Source: Polyangiales bacterium
Lineage (GTDB): Bacteria; Myxococcota_A; Polyangia; Polyangiales; Polyangiaceae
Assembly: GCA_038230375.1 (NCBI GenBank)
Contig: JBBRNJ010000030.1
Span: 29,513-93,512, forward strand
Length of the DNA: 64,000 bases
Direction of reading: 5' to 3'
Notes under the pieces: generated by a model
Database searches by the model: none
What the model saw: the letters and a program-made list of their open reading frames with translations, nothing else
What the model was told of the DNA's origin: nothing
Program-made: the position numbers and the translations under genes
Shown here: piece by piece, positions 21,288 to 30,846 of the stretch
Layout: every line of letters starts with the position of its first letter
How positions within the stretch are numbered: the first letter of the stretch is position 1

Positions 21288-21923
21288 AGCGAGCACCACA
21301 GCGTGCTCGATGCGGTCCATGCGAAACTGGCGAGCCTCGCCCTTGCCCAGGTCGTCGCAGTTGAGCAGCGTGGTGCCGCGCTCGAACGTGACGTTGCGGA
21401 CGCGAACGTCGCGCTCCGTGACCTCATAGCTGTTGCCCGCGCCGCGGTAGCGGATGTGGAGGACGGCGCGCTCGAACCAGGCCTGCTCCACCGCGCGCCG
21501 CACCTGCGGAGGCGCCGCGAGCGCGGGCACGCCCACGAACGAGAGCTCCTTCATATGAGCGATGAGCTCCCGCTGCGCAGACGTGGTGAGCGCGCCCTGC
21601 ACCTTGTCCATCGCGGACGAGAGCGTCTCCAGGAACGGCACGAGCCGCATCTCCTTCGCGTAGCGAGCGACGGTGAGCAGAACGGCGGCCTCGCGCGCGG
21701 TGAAGTTCACGGGAGGCAGCGTGTAGCTCTTGTCGAGCGAGTACCCACCACCGCGACCGCGCTCGGCGCGAACGGGCAAGCCAGCGTCGCGGAGGGCGTC
21801 GAGGTCCCGATAGATCGTGCGGAGCGTGACGTCGAAGCGCTCAGCGAGGGTCTCGGCGGTGACGCCAGTGCGGCGACCGCGCATGAGCTCGGCGATGGCA
21901 AAGAGGCGTGCGCGCTGCTTCAT
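21273..21923 (-). CDS. HTH-WYL (YafY-family) transcriptional regulator
   Basis: LAERFDVTLRTIYRDLDAL...G.GGGY...LPPVNFTAREA and FRMDRI; appears to lack the C-terminal WCX domain. Confidence 0.9.
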   Translation of the reverse strand: MKQRARLFAIAELMRGRRTGVTAETLAERFDVTLRTIYRDLDALRDAGLPVRAERGRGGGYSLDKSYTLPPVNFTAREAAVLLTVARYAKEMRLVPFLETLSSAMDKVQGALTTSAQRELIAHMKELSFVGVPALAAPPQVRRAVEQAWFERAVLHIRYRGAGNSYEVTERDVRVRNVTFERGTTLLNCDDLGKGEARQFRMDRIEHAVVLASTPT

Positions 21924-21933
21924 CGAGGGCAAT

Positions 21934-21953
21934 CCTGACATCAAGATGACATG
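21934..21953. promoter_or_regulatory. Candidate autoregulatory operator of the WYL gene
   Basis: TGACA-TCAAGA-TGACA, one mismatch from a TGACA-N6-TGTCA palindrome, 12 nt upstream of the ATG. Confidence 0.4.
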
Positions 21954-21960
21954 GAGCGCA

Positions 21961-22064
21961 ACATCGACTTCGACTTCGACTTCGCCTTCGACTTCGACTT
22001 CGACTTCGACCTCGACATCGACATCGACTTCGACCTCGACCTCGACCTCGACCTCGACGCCGAC
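21961..22064. repeat. Intergenic hexamer tandem repeat (NNCGAC)n, about 17 units
   Basis: TTCGAC/CTCGAC/ATCGAC units read directly. Confidence 0.95.
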
Positions 22065-22066
22065 GA

Positions 22067-22570
22067 TCAGAAGGCTTGCGTGAAGCCGAAGGAGAGCCCG
22101 CCTCGCGTGAGCGCGAGTCTTGGGATGAGCAGCGGCGGCGCGCTGGTTGCCGCGGGGAAGCGGGGCTGCGTTCTCTTGTAGAGGCCGGCTCCGATGAGCG
22201 CGAGGCCCGCGACCTCGCAGCCGAAGTAGAGGAGCTCCGTGCCCTGGATCAGCGCGGAGGGGACGTTGCACTGCGGCTCGTCGTGTCCGGGGCCGCAGTG
22301 CTGTTGCCCGAAGGCCTGATACCCGATGACGGGGCCCGCGCCCGGGATCATGTGCCACGCCCAGTGCGCGGACGGGCTGGTCGTTCCGATGATGCCCCAC
22401 TGCAGCGTGTCGGAGAACGTCGATGCAAGCGCGAGCGGGAGCCCGATCGTGAAGTATGGACTCGCAGCCTCATCATCCGCCCGCGCACTGCTCGGCGTGA
22501 GCGCAACCGCGACGAGAACGAGAAGTCCCGCGGCGAAACGCACGCGCGGGCCGCTCGTCCTGCCGCTCAC
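22067..22570 (-). CDS. Hypothetical exported or membrane protein
   Basis: Signal peptide ending ARA, hydrophobic segments, IPGAGP motif, ends GGLSFGFTQAF. Confidence 0.65.
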   Translation of the reverse strand: MSGRTSGPRVRFAAGLLVLVAVALTPSSARADDEAASPYFTIGLPLALASTFSDTLQWGIIGTTSPSAHWAWHMIPGAGPVIGYQAFGQQHCGPGHDEPQCNVPSALIQGTELLYFGCEVAGLALIGAGLYKRTQPRFPAATSAPPLLIPRLALTRGGLSFGFTQAF

Positions 22571-22574
22571 ACCC

Positions 22575-24923
22575 TCACTCCGCGCTGGCGCTGGCGGTGA
22601 CGGTCTCGGCTTCCACGGGCGGCGGGAGGACGGCTTCGCCCTCGGGCAGGGCCTTCGGGGCTTCGTCCGTGAGGCAGCTCTCTGCGAGGAGCTCCGCCAC
22701 GTCCATCTGCTTGATCTTCTCTTCCAGGTTCTGGCTCTTGATGCCGTCGGTGAGCATGGTCATGCAGAACGGGCAGCCGGAGGCGACGGTCTTTGCGCCC
22801 GTGTCGAGCAGCTGCAGCGTGCGCTTCACGTTCACGCGGTTGGTGTTCTGCTCCTCCATGAACATCTGCCCGCCGCCGGCGCCGCAGCAGAGGCCGCGCT
22901 GCTTGGTCCAGTACTCGGGCTCGACGAGCTCGACGCCGGGGATGCTGCGCAGGATCTCGCGCGGCGACTCGTAGACGTTGTTGTAGCGGCCCAGGTAACA
23001 GCTGTCGTGATAGACGACCTTGCCTGTGACTGCCTTCTTCGGGATGAGCTTCTCTTCGGCGAGGAGCCCAAGCAAGTAGTCAGTGTGGTGCACGACCTCG
23101 AGCTTCACGCCGAAGTCGGGATACTCGTTCTTCAGCGTGTTGAAGCAGTGCGGACACGCGGTGACGACTGTCTTCGCGCCGCCCTGGTCCTTGTAGCCGT
23201 TCAGCGTGGCGGCGTTCCCCTCGGCCATCATGGCGAAGAGGTACTCGTGACCGGCGCGGCGCGCGGGATCGCCCGTGCAGTTCTCTTCCTTCGCGAGGAT
23301 GGCGAAGTCCACGCCGGCCTTCTGCATCAGCTTGGCCGTTGCGCGCGCGATCTTCTTCGCGCGGTCGTCGTAGCTGGCGGCGCAGCCCACCCAGTAGAGG
23401 ACCTCTGCGTTCGGCTTCTCCGCCATGGTGGGGATGCCAAGGCCGTCGCTCCACGCGCCGCGATCCATGCGCGAAAGGTTCCACGGGTTGCCGTTGGTCT
23501 CGATCGCCTGGAACGGCTTGCCCAGCTGCTGCGGGAACTCGTTCTTGATCATGACAAGGTTGCGCCGCATGTCGATGATCTTGTCGACGTAGGAGATGAG
23601 GACCGGGCACTGCTCCTCGCACGCGCGGCACGTGGTACACGCCCAGAGGACGTCCGGATGGATGATGTTCGGGATGAGATCGATCGGGACGTAGGTCTGG
23701 GGCCGCTTCACCTGCTCCAGCGCGATCGCGTTCTCCTCCGGGTCGACGATCACCTCGCCTTCCTTCGCGCTCGGAGAGACGCCGGCGCCGTTCGCCTTGT
23801 CTTTCGCCCAGAACATCTCCGACTCCACGAGCTCGCTCTCGTGCTCGTAGAAGTGGTCGCGCAGGGCGAGCGTGAATTGCTTGGGCGAGAGGATCTTGCC
23901 GGTGCGGTGTGCGGGGCAGTTGTCCGAACAGCGACCGCACTCCGTGCAGGTGTAGAAGTCGAGGATGCTCTTCCACGAGATGTGGGACGCGCGCGCGATG
24001 CCAATGGGCAGGCTGGTCGGGTCCGGGTTCTCCGCAGCCGCCATCATCAGCTCGGCGAGCTTCTCCGAGCTGGGCGCGAGCGGGCGCAGGCGACCCGGCG
24101 GGTCCAGGTCACGGAAGAAGACGTTCGGGATGCCCGTGATGATGTGGAAGTGCTTCGAGTGCGGAAGGATGTTGAGGAAGATGAGGACGAGCGACGAGTG
24201 CGTCCAGAAGCCGATCTTCGCGAACGCGATCAGGGCGCCGGCGCCGAGCTTGTGGAACATCATCGCGAACGCGGAGCCCGCGGGCGACGGCCAGATGTGC
24301 CACTCCGCGTGCACCTCCGTGCCGATGGGCAGCGGCGCGACGATGGTGCGGATGGACTCACACTGCTGCGCCGTCGCGAGCAGGGAGCCCGGCGCGCACA
24401 GCTCGCCCTGCTTCTCCTGGAGGACGAGCGATGCGCCGTCGTACGCCATGTCGGCGAGCATCATGGTGATGATGATCCCGAGGATGAGCAGGCCCTCCCA
24501 GTGCAGCGTCATGCGCTTCTGCGGCTTGATGACGCGGAAGTAGACGAACACGAGCGCACCGAGCACGACGCCGATCGCGACGAGATCCTTCGCGAACTCG
24601 TACACGCGGCCAAGGGACGTCCCGGGCGACAGGAAGAACAGATTGAAGCTCGGGTCGATACCGCGACCCCACAGCATCAACGTCCGGAGCAGGAGCACCG
24701 AGAACCCGATGAAGATCATCAGGTGGGCGATACCGGCCGGCTGGTAGTACTGCATCTTCTCCTGGCGAAGCGCGTACCTGAAGACCGCAGCCAGGCGCTC
24801 CTCGATCCGGTCGAACCGATTCGCGGGCGCCCCCATGCGAAGCATCTGCCACCGACGTACGGCAGAGATCAAAAAGAGCGCGTGCGCTCCGACTATGAGC
24901 GAGATCATCGCAAGGGGCTGCAT
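22575..24923 (-). CDS. Membrane Fe-S oxidoreductase, heterodisulfide-reductase/FadF-like (TM + 2x4Fe-4S + CCG domains)
   Basis: CTECGRCSDNCP, CTTCRACEEQCP, ENCTGD, ACPHC, YHDSCYLGRYN, CCGAGGG, CPFC. Confidence 0.93.
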   Translation of the reverse strand: MQPLAMISLIVGAHALFLISAVRRWQMLRMGAPANRFDRIEERLAAVFRYALRQEKMQYYQPAGIAHLMIFIGFSVLLLRTLMLWGRGIDPSFNLFFLSPGTSLGRVYEFAKDLVAIGVVLGALVFVYFRVIKPQKRMTLHWEGLLILGIIITMMLADMAYDGASLVLQEKQGELCAPGSLLATAQQCESIRTIVAPLPIGTEVHAEWHIWPSPAGSAFAMMFHKLGAGALIAFAKIGFWTHSSLVLIFLNILPHSKHFHIITGIPNVFFRDLDPPGRLRPLAPSSEKLAELMMAAAENPDPTSLPIGIARASHISWKSILDFYTCTECGRCSDNCPAHRTGKILSPKQFTLALRDHFYEHESELVESEMFWAKDKANGAGVSPSAKEGEVIVDPEENAIALEQVKRPQTYVPIDLIPNIIHPDVLWACTTCRACEEQCPVLISYVDKIIDMRRNLVMIKNEFPQQLGKPFQAIETNGNPWNLSRMDRGAWSDGLGIPTMAEKPNAEVLYWVGCAASYDDRAKKIARATAKLMQKAGVDFAILAKEENCTGDPARRAGHEYLFAMMAEGNAATLNGYKDQGGAKTVVTACPHCFNTLKNEYPDFGVKLEVVHHTDYLLGLLAEEKLIPKKAVTGKVVYHDSCYLGRYNNVYESPREILRSIPGVELVEPEYWTKQRGLCCGAGGGQMFMEEQNTNRVNVKRTLQLLDTGAKTVASGCPFCMTMLTDGIKSQNLEEKIKQMDVAELLAESCLTDEAPKALPEGEAVLPPPVEAETVTASASAE

Positions 24924-25062
24924 GGGGCGACTTCATCTATAGGGACATGGCCCCCTGCGTCAACGCGAGTTCTTCCCCCTAAACGTGTCCTGCGGTCACT
25001 TCCGCTCTGGCCGTGGTCACCGGTGCATCCCGCAAGGCTGCGAGATCGCGCGCGCCCGTTCG

Positions 25063-25078
25063 TGGCACGGCGGCTGCT
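25063..25078 (+). promoter_or_regulatory. Candidate sigma54 -24/-12 promoter
   Basis: TGGCACG-GCGG-CTGCT versus consensus TGGCACG-N4-TTGC; in-frame ATG at 25093. Confidence 0.4.
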
Positions 25079-25128
25079 CCGCGCGGAGCACGATGCGAGC
25101 AGAGGCGTTGGTTGGTACACTTGACGCC

Positions 25129-25821
25129 ATGGTCAGCCCCACGGACCTTCCTCATGTGCGGCCCGTCAAGCCGCTCCTCTTTCCCGCATCCGATCCGGAG
25201 TGGGACATGGGGCAATCGTGGATGCATGGTCGGCTGTGCGAGCTCGTTTACCAGGTGCTTCGCAACGCGGTCGGCGACGAGCACACGGTCGGTGAGGACA
25301 ACTTCATCTACTTTCACGCCACCGATCCCGCGCGCAAGTGCGCGCCCGACGCGTTCGTGAAGCTCGGCGTGAGGCCAAGCCCCTTCGAGTCATGGAAGGT
25401 ATGGGAACACGCACGCGGCACCCCAGAGCTGTGCGTGGAGGTCCTGAGCCCGAGTGACACGAAGGAGAAGCTGACCTGGGACGAAAAGCTTGAGCGCTAC
25501 GCAGCCCTTGGCGTGGCGGAGGTGATCGCGTTCAACTCGGACGCGCCGCTGGGCTCGCGACTGTCGGCCTGGGACCGCATCGCGGACGATCTCGTCGAGC
25601 GCGTGGTCCTTGCCGAGTCCACTCCGTGCGCGACGCTGGGCCTGTACTGGGTCGTCGTCAAAACCCGAGCGCCAAGCGGCGAGGAGCTGACCGCTGCCTT
25701 GAGGCTAGCGCGTGACGCGCGGGGTGCGGAGCTGGTGCCCACAAGAGCCGAGGCCGAGAAGGCCGCGGCCGATGCGGAGATCTCCCGCCTCCAAGCGGAG
25801 CTCGAAGCCGCGCGCCGCTGA
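25129..25821 (+). CDS. Uma2 / DUF820 family PD-(D/E)xK nuclease-like protein
   Basis: APDAFV, PELCVEVLSPSD, KLERYAALGVAE, coiled-coil tail; alternative start at 25093. Confidence 0.88.
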   Translation: MVSPTDLPHVRPVKPLLFPASDPEWDMGQSWMHGRLCELVYQVLRNAVGDEHTVGEDNFIYFHATDPARKCAPDAFVKLGVRPSPFESWKVWEHARGTPELCVEVLSPSDTKEKLTWDEKLERYAALGVAEVIAFNSDAPLGSRLSAWDRIADDLVERVVLAESTPCATLGLYWVVVKTRAPSGEELTAALRLARDARGAELVPTRAEAEKAAADAEISRLQAELEAARR

Positions 25822-25826
25822 GAACG

Positions 25827-28331
25827 TCACCCGTCCTTGTTGGTCGTCGGGTGGAGCCAGCCCTGGAACCAGGTGGCCGCTCCGACCTGCGTCAGATGCC
25901 GGTTCCCCCAGCCCATGTAGACCACGAAGTAATCGTGCGTGATGGAGATGGGGCCGCCGGTGATGCTCCAGAGCTGATACGTCGATGCGCCCCATCCCAC
26001 CCCGAGCGGATAGTGAGTATTGCTGCTCCCCAGATCACCGATACCAAGGATGACCGGCCGGTGCTTGTTCGTCATCACGCCCTTGGCCTTCTCACGCCCC
26101 TCCGTGGTCGGCGCGAGCGCGCCGTCATAGTCGGCAGTGAGCGAGATGAGCGCGCGCCCCTGATAGTACTGAGAAGCCTGCGCCATGACCTGCGGCAGGG
26201 TGTACCGCTCTCCGCCGTCCGTACAACCCGCCACTCCATCGTTGTTCAGGTAGCCGCGGATCTCCATTGTCATCTTCGCGGCATCAGCGTCCAGCATGTC
26301 CGTGTTGGGGTTATGAGAATTCGCGTGATTGGGATAGAACCACTCGGGCGCTACTGCCAAGTTCGATCCGGTGCGGGTGGCGCCGGTGCGGAAGAGTCCA
26401 GAGCCGTTCGCGGCGAAGGGATCGCCCGCAAACCCTGCTCGCACGTCGGCCCAGCCGTACATCATGGTCCAGGCCGTCGCGGCGCAGCCGCTGTAGCAGG
26501 GCGACGTGTTGGGCGCGCGCCGACCGATGATCTGGTCGTACTTGCGCACGTCGCGCATCGCCGCGGTCGGGTTGCCTTCCGGGTGCCCCCACGATTCGCC
26601 CGTGGTGGAGATGCACATCGGCAGGAAGAGGGTCTCGTCGTACACCGTCTTTTCGCACTGCTGACCAGGGGGCTGTGTGTCCCGCAGCAAGGCAAGCGAA
26701 CCGGTGTCATAGCCCACCAGGTACCGGCTGGCGGCGGGTGAGTAGATCGCAAAATGCCCGTCGTGCGTCATCTCGATCCGGAAGAGGGCGTTGCGCTGTG
26801 GCGAGAGCGAGACTGGCGCCGCAGCGAGCATGAACTGGCCCGCAGCGCCTGGCACGGGGACGCCGTCGAGCGTACCGACCGTCGTGGTCACGACGAGCTC
26901 CTTCGCCGCGCCGCCCCCGGCAGGATGAAGCATGATCACATAGAGGCCGGTATCCGCGGGGACGATGCTCACCGAGCCAATCTCCTCGTAGGGAAGGCCA
27001 GCCGTCAGCAGACCCGCCGTGTCGACGCCGACGAACTGCTCGCTCCACGTGCGCAGGCGGAGGTGCCCAGGTGCGCACCCAAGGATGCTGTGGGGCGGCG
27101 AGCCGACGAGCTGGACGAGGGGCGAGCCCTTGTCCGTGGTGCACGCGTTGGCCACTGGAGGCGGCAGTGGCAGTGGCGTGTAGGTCAAGGCGGGCACCGG
27201 CGTCACCGGATGCGGCGTGGGCAAATTGCTTCCCTGCGTCGGTACCGGCAACCTCTTGCCACTGGGCAGAGGCGGGACCAGCCCGAGAAATGGAGAGCGA
27301 AGCCCCGCGAATCGAAGGTTCTCCTGCGATCCATCGTCGTAGTGAACGTCGACCCGCGTCTCCTCGCCATCTTGCGCGGCCTCCACGCCACCGACCAGAT
27401 GGAGCACTTCGCGACCAGCAGCATCGCGACCACGGGTGACCATCACGGACGTGCCGGAGATGGTGACTGCCGCCTCGCCGCGGCCCTCCAGGAGCGCGAG
27501 CTGCCGCGCCGCGAACGGCTCCAGCAGCAAGGGCAGCTCCGCGAGCGCGCGCTCGTCGCGCCACGCATCCGCGGCGGCGCGTGTCGACTGCATACGTCCC
27601 ACGATCGCGTCCGTCGCGTGGTCGGCCTTGTAGTCTGCATACGACGTATACGATGCGGCAGAGATCGTGGTTCCCAGCTCGGGGATGCGATCCTCGTTCG
27701 CACCAGGCGACCGGAAGGCGTGCCCGGCGCGGCGCTCAGCGGGAAGGTCCAGGAGGGCCAGCGACAAGCCCGACGGCTTCATCGGAAGCATGCCGACCCG
27801 GGCGAGCTCGTCGCCGAGCGAGCCTTCAGCCGAGTAGGAGCCGACACCGTGCCGGACGACGCGCGCGAAGGAGCCTGCGCTGCGGCGAGCTTGCTCGAGC
27901 AACGTGAGCACATCCGGCCCACCTTCCTGCGCTTCGGGGATGGGGAAGTCGGTCGGCGTGACGGCAACGACGATGTACCCCGCATCGGTTCCATCCGCTG
28001 CCTGCACCGCGATCGCGTAGTGCGTGGGTGTTTTGGTGTCCGCCTGGAACATGGGGAGCGCCTCTTGCGCAAGGCCACGTGCCTTCTCCCACGCGCGACC
28101 CCGTCCGCGCTGTTCCGCAAGGTGACGTTCCGCGCGGCGTTGCACGTCAATCGAGAGCGACGCGATCGGCACCATCGGCGCCGTGGTGCGGCTTGCCGTG
28201 ACGGGAGGATTTCCCGAGCTCGAATCGGCGGCAGGAGAGCCGGCGCGAGCGACGCCCGGCGCGGTCCCCACCGATGCGACAACGGCCATCAGCACAACGC
28301 TGCCCCACATCCCGAGTCGTGCTGCGCGCAT
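25827..28331 (-). CDS. Secreted papain-fold (C10/streptopain-like) cysteine protease with prodomain and fascin-like insert
   Basis: Signal peptide and GGAGGG RBS; YDQ...SGCAATAW (Cys), HYPLGVGW (His), VYMGWG; central LRTWSEQFV / FAIYSPAASRYL strands. Confidence 0.65.
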   Translation of the reverse strand: MRAARLGMWGSVVLMAVVASVGTAPGVARAGSPAADSSSGNPPVTASRTTAPMVPIASLSIDVQRRAERHLAEQRGRGRAWEKARGLAQEALPMFQADTKTPTHYAIAVQAADGTDAGYIVVAVTPTDFPIPEAQEGGPDVLTLLEQARRSAGSFARVVRHGVGSYSAEGSLGDELARVGMLPMKPSGLSLALLDLPAERRAGHAFRSPGANEDRIPELGTTISAASYTSYADYKADHATDAIVGRMQSTRAAADAWRDERALAELPLLLEPFAARQLALLEGRGEAAVTISGTSVMVTRGRDAAGREVLHLVGGVEAAQDGEETRVDVHYDDGSQENLRFAGLRSPFLGLVPPLPSGKRLPVPTQGSNLPTPHPVTPVPALTYTPLPLPPPVANACTTDKGSPLVQLVGSPPHSILGCAPGHLRLRTWSEQFVGVDTAGLLTAGLPYEEIGSVSIVPADTGLYVIMLHPAGGGAAKELVVTTTVGTLDGVPVPGAAGQFMLAAAPVSLSPQRNALFRIEMTHDGHFAIYSPAASRYLVGYDTGSLALLRDTQPPGQQCEKTVYDETLFLPMCISTTGESWGHPEGNPTAAMRDVRKYDQIIGRRAPNTSPCYSGCAATAWTMMYGWADVRAGFAGDPFAANGSGLFRTGATRTGSNLAVAPEWFYPNHANSHNPNTDMLDADAAKMTMEIRGYLNNDGVAGCTDGGERYTLPQVMAQASQYYQGRALISLTADYDGALAPTTEGREKAKGVMTNKHRPVILGIGDLGSSNTHYPLGVGWGASTYQLWSITGGPISITHDYFVVYMGWGNRHLTQVGAATWFQGWLHPTTNKDG

Positions 28332-28469
28332 GAGTACCCTCCAAAATCGTGCTGTTAGACGGCGCCCCCCGTTGAAAAAGTCATGCAAACTGCGACGGAG
28401 TGCGTCCCCCGAACGGGGTACACCGAACGCACGAACCCTTCAAGATCACCGTCCAAGAGGCTCGACCCG

Positions 28470-29819
28470 TCAGAGCTTCGTGCGCTTCTTTTGCTCTCTG
28501 ACGTAGGCCTCCACTTCCTCGTCCTCTACTTCCTCACGCTTCGCCTGGACCACGACCCTGACCTTCTCCTCTGCCTCCGCGTCGATCCTGGTCTTCGTCA
28601 CGGGGTGCAGCGGCGGGTCCCCAAGGCTCCATCTGATTGCATTCTGCATGTTTCGCTTGGCGCGGTCCCCTGCACCGCTCACCTGCGCTGCGGCGCGATG
28701 CAGCGCGTCCTTGGCAAAGAACACCGCCAGCAGGCGCAGGACCACCGGAACCACGACCGTGAGCGCGAGCGCCACTGCCACGATCGCGATCGTGAGGCCG
28801 AGCACGAACAGCACGGAGATGGGCCACGGTGGCGCAGACGGACGCGGTCGCGGTCTCCATCCGTCGCGCCTCTGCTGCCTGCGCGCGCGCTTCTCCGCAC
28901 GTCGGGCCTGGCGCTCGGCCCGCGCCTCCTCCTTGAGCCGCTGGAAGGTCTCGTCGCGCTCCTTCTTTCGCCTGCGCCGCTCATCCTTGTCGAACGGCTC
29001 GGGGGGCGCACGTCTCCGCGCCTCGTCCTTGTCCTTGGCGCGCGGATCGGCGCGCGGGTCGAACACCGGGACCACGCTCGCTCGCTTGTCCGGATCGGGC
29101 TCGAGCATCTTCTCGAGGATCTCGACGAGCTCCGCGCTCACCGTCTTCCCGAGCGCCGCGCGCACGTCCACCGCCAGCCCCTTGTGCGGCAGGTCCTCTG
29201 GCTCCTTGCCCGTGAGCATGGTCAGCGCGGTCGCGCCGATCGCATACACGTCCGACGCGGGCAGCGCGCGGCCCTGGAACTGCTCCGGCGCCATGTAGCC
29301 GAACGTGCCGACCACCGTGGACCCGCCCTCTGGCTTCAGCCGGTCGCGCACGGCACCAAAGTCGACGAACGCAAATGATCCGTCCGGCCTCTTGATCACG
29401 TTTCCAGGCTTCAAATCTCGGTGGATCACGGGCGGCGTGCGCGTATGGAGATAGCGGAGCACGTCGGACGCATCCGCGAGCAAGCGGCGCACGTCCTTCT
29501 CCGACAGCGCGCCGTGGCGACGCTTCATCAACCCAAGGCTCTCCCCTTCGATCTTCTCCATCACCAGGAAGAGCGCGCCATCCTCCTCGAAGTGATCGAA
29601 GTAAGCGGGCAGCCGCGGATGCGAGAGCGAGCGCAGCACGTTGACCTCGCGCTCGGCGAGCTCGAGTTCCTTCCACGTCTTCGCGCCGCGCACCTCCATG
29701 CGCTTCACGACCACCGCCCGTCCCGCGAGCTTGTCGACCGCGTCGTACGTCTTGCCCTGCGCGCCATCCGCGAACAGGCCAAGCAGGACATAGCGGCCGT
29801 CCTTCAGGGACTCGTTCAT
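28470..29819 (-). CDS. Ser/Thr protein kinase with C-terminal TM segment
   Basis: VVVK, HRDLKPGN, DFG, GTFGYMAPE; atypical Gly loop FADGAQG; Arg-rich coil then hydrophobic segment. Confidence 0.92.
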   Translation of the reverse strand: MNESLKDGRYVLLGLFADGAQGKTYDAVDKLAGRAVVVKRMEVRGAKTWKELELAEREVNVLRSLSHPRLPAYFDHFEEDGALFLVMEKIEGESLGLMKRRHGALSEKDVRRLLADASDVLRYLHTRTPPVIHRDLKPGNVIKRPDGSFAFVDFGAVRDRLKPEGGSTVVGTFGYMAPEQFQGRALPASDVYAIGATALTMLTGKEPEDLPHKGLAVDVRAALGKTVSAELVEILEKMLEPDPDKRASVVPVFDPRADPRAKDKDEARRRAPPEPFDKDERRRRKKERDETFQRLKEEARAERQARRAEKRARRQQRRDGWRPRPRPSAPPWPISVLFVLGLTIAIVAVALALTVVVPVVLRLLAVFFAKDALHRAAAQVSGAGDRAKRNMQNAIRWSLGDPPLHPVTKTRIDAEAEEKVRVVVQAKREEVEDEEVEAYVREQKKRTKL

Positions 29820-29849
29820 CGAAGGACGGAGCTTACTCCGCCCGCGCGC

Positions 29850-30134
29850 TCAGGGCTCGACCTTCACGCCCTTCCAGAACGCCACGAAGCCGGTCACGTT
29901 CTTCGCCGCGTCCTTCGGCGCCGGATAGAACCATGCGGCGTCTGCGTTGACTTTTCCATCCACGACCACATCGTAGTAGCTCGCCACGCCCTTCCACCCG
30001 CACGTCGTGTGCGTGGCGCTCGGGCGGAAGTGCTCTTGCACGAGCGCCTCGAGCGGAAAGTAGATGTTGCCTTCGACTGTCTCGAAGCTCGGTGACTCGG
30101 CGATCACGCGTCCGTTCCAACTGGCCTTGGGCAT
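29850..30134 (-). CDS. DUF427 family protein
   Basis: VEGNIYFP, TTCGWKGVASYY, AAWFYP.PK, VAFWKGV. Confidence 0.92.
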   Translation of the reverse strand: MPKASWNGRVIAESPSFETVEGNIYFPLEALVQEHFRPSATHTTCGWKGVASYYDVVVDGKVNADAAWFYPAPKDAAKNVTGFVAFWKGVKVEP

Positions 30135-30178
30135 GGGAACTATGATGCGCGAACGTCCGCTTTCGTTTCTCCCACGCG

Positions 30179-30835
30179 CTAGAGCTCGAAGCTAAAGCTG
30201 CGTCGCGAGCTGGACGCGCCAGGCGTGGGCGACCCTGCGGCGCCGCCATCTGCCCCCGCAGCGCTGGCGCTGGGTCCGCTGGGCGGCGACAGGTTCATGG
30301 TGGTGCCGAACGTGTGATTTCCCACGCGCGCGGTGACGCGCACCTTCACCGGGAGCGGCGCGCTCTTCGCGTCGACGAGGCGCACTTCCACGGTGTATTT
30401 CCCGCGCGGAACGTCGAGCCCCTCCATGAAGATGTTCTCGATGTTCTGTCCGTGGCAGCCGTTCTCGCCGGGGCAGTCCTTGTCCAGGTGAAGGCCACCC
30501 TTGCTCGCGCGGCTGGTCTCGTCCACGCGCTCGCCGTTCGGGTCCGTGACGATGAGGTCCACGTCCGCCGGGCTGTCACCCCATGCGACGGTGAACTGGA
30601 GCACCCCCGTGGTGATGCCGCAGCCCTCGTCGATGACGCCGTTGCAGTTGTCGTCGATCGCGTTGAAGCACAGCTCCGGGCCGGACGGTGTGCAGCCGAC
30701 CTGAAGGTCCACGCCATCACCCGGCGTGACGTTCTTCTCGGTCAGGTTCGCGACCTCCGGCGCGTCCGCGCCCTTGCCGGGGCCGCACGCCATGACAAGG
30801 ACGAGCGACACGGTCGCGAACGCGGAGACACGCAT
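30179..30835 (-). CDS. Lipoprotein with Cys/Asp metal-binding repeat and YfaP/DUF2135-like domain
   Basis: Lipobox VMAC; PELCFNAIDDNCNGVIDEGC; W...ADVDLIVTDP.G, LDKD, ENIF. Confidence 0.8.
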   Translation of the reverse strand: MRVSAFATVSLVLVMACGPGKGADAPEVANLTEKNVTPGDGVDLQVGCTPSGPELCFNAIDDNCNGVIDEGCGITTGVLQFTVAWGDSPADVDLIVTDPNGERVDETSRASKGGLHLDKDCPGENGCHGQNIENIFMEGLDVPRGKYTVEVRLVDAKSAPLPVKVRVTARVGNHTFGTTMNLSPPSGPSASAAGADGGAAGSPTPGASSSRRSFSFEL

Positions 30836-30846
30836 GCGCGCGCGCC

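Noticed and set aside
22326..25124. 932-aa plus-strand ORF and similar long antisense ORFs (31105, 38560, 42525, 59144)
   Set aside because: Shadow frames opposite well-supported genes, expected in high-GC DNA
21273..25821. WYL + Uma2 as an anti-phage defence island
   Set aside because: They are separated by a metabolic oxidoreductase, no recognisable defence effectors are present, and Uma2 genes are commonly scattered in myxobacteria
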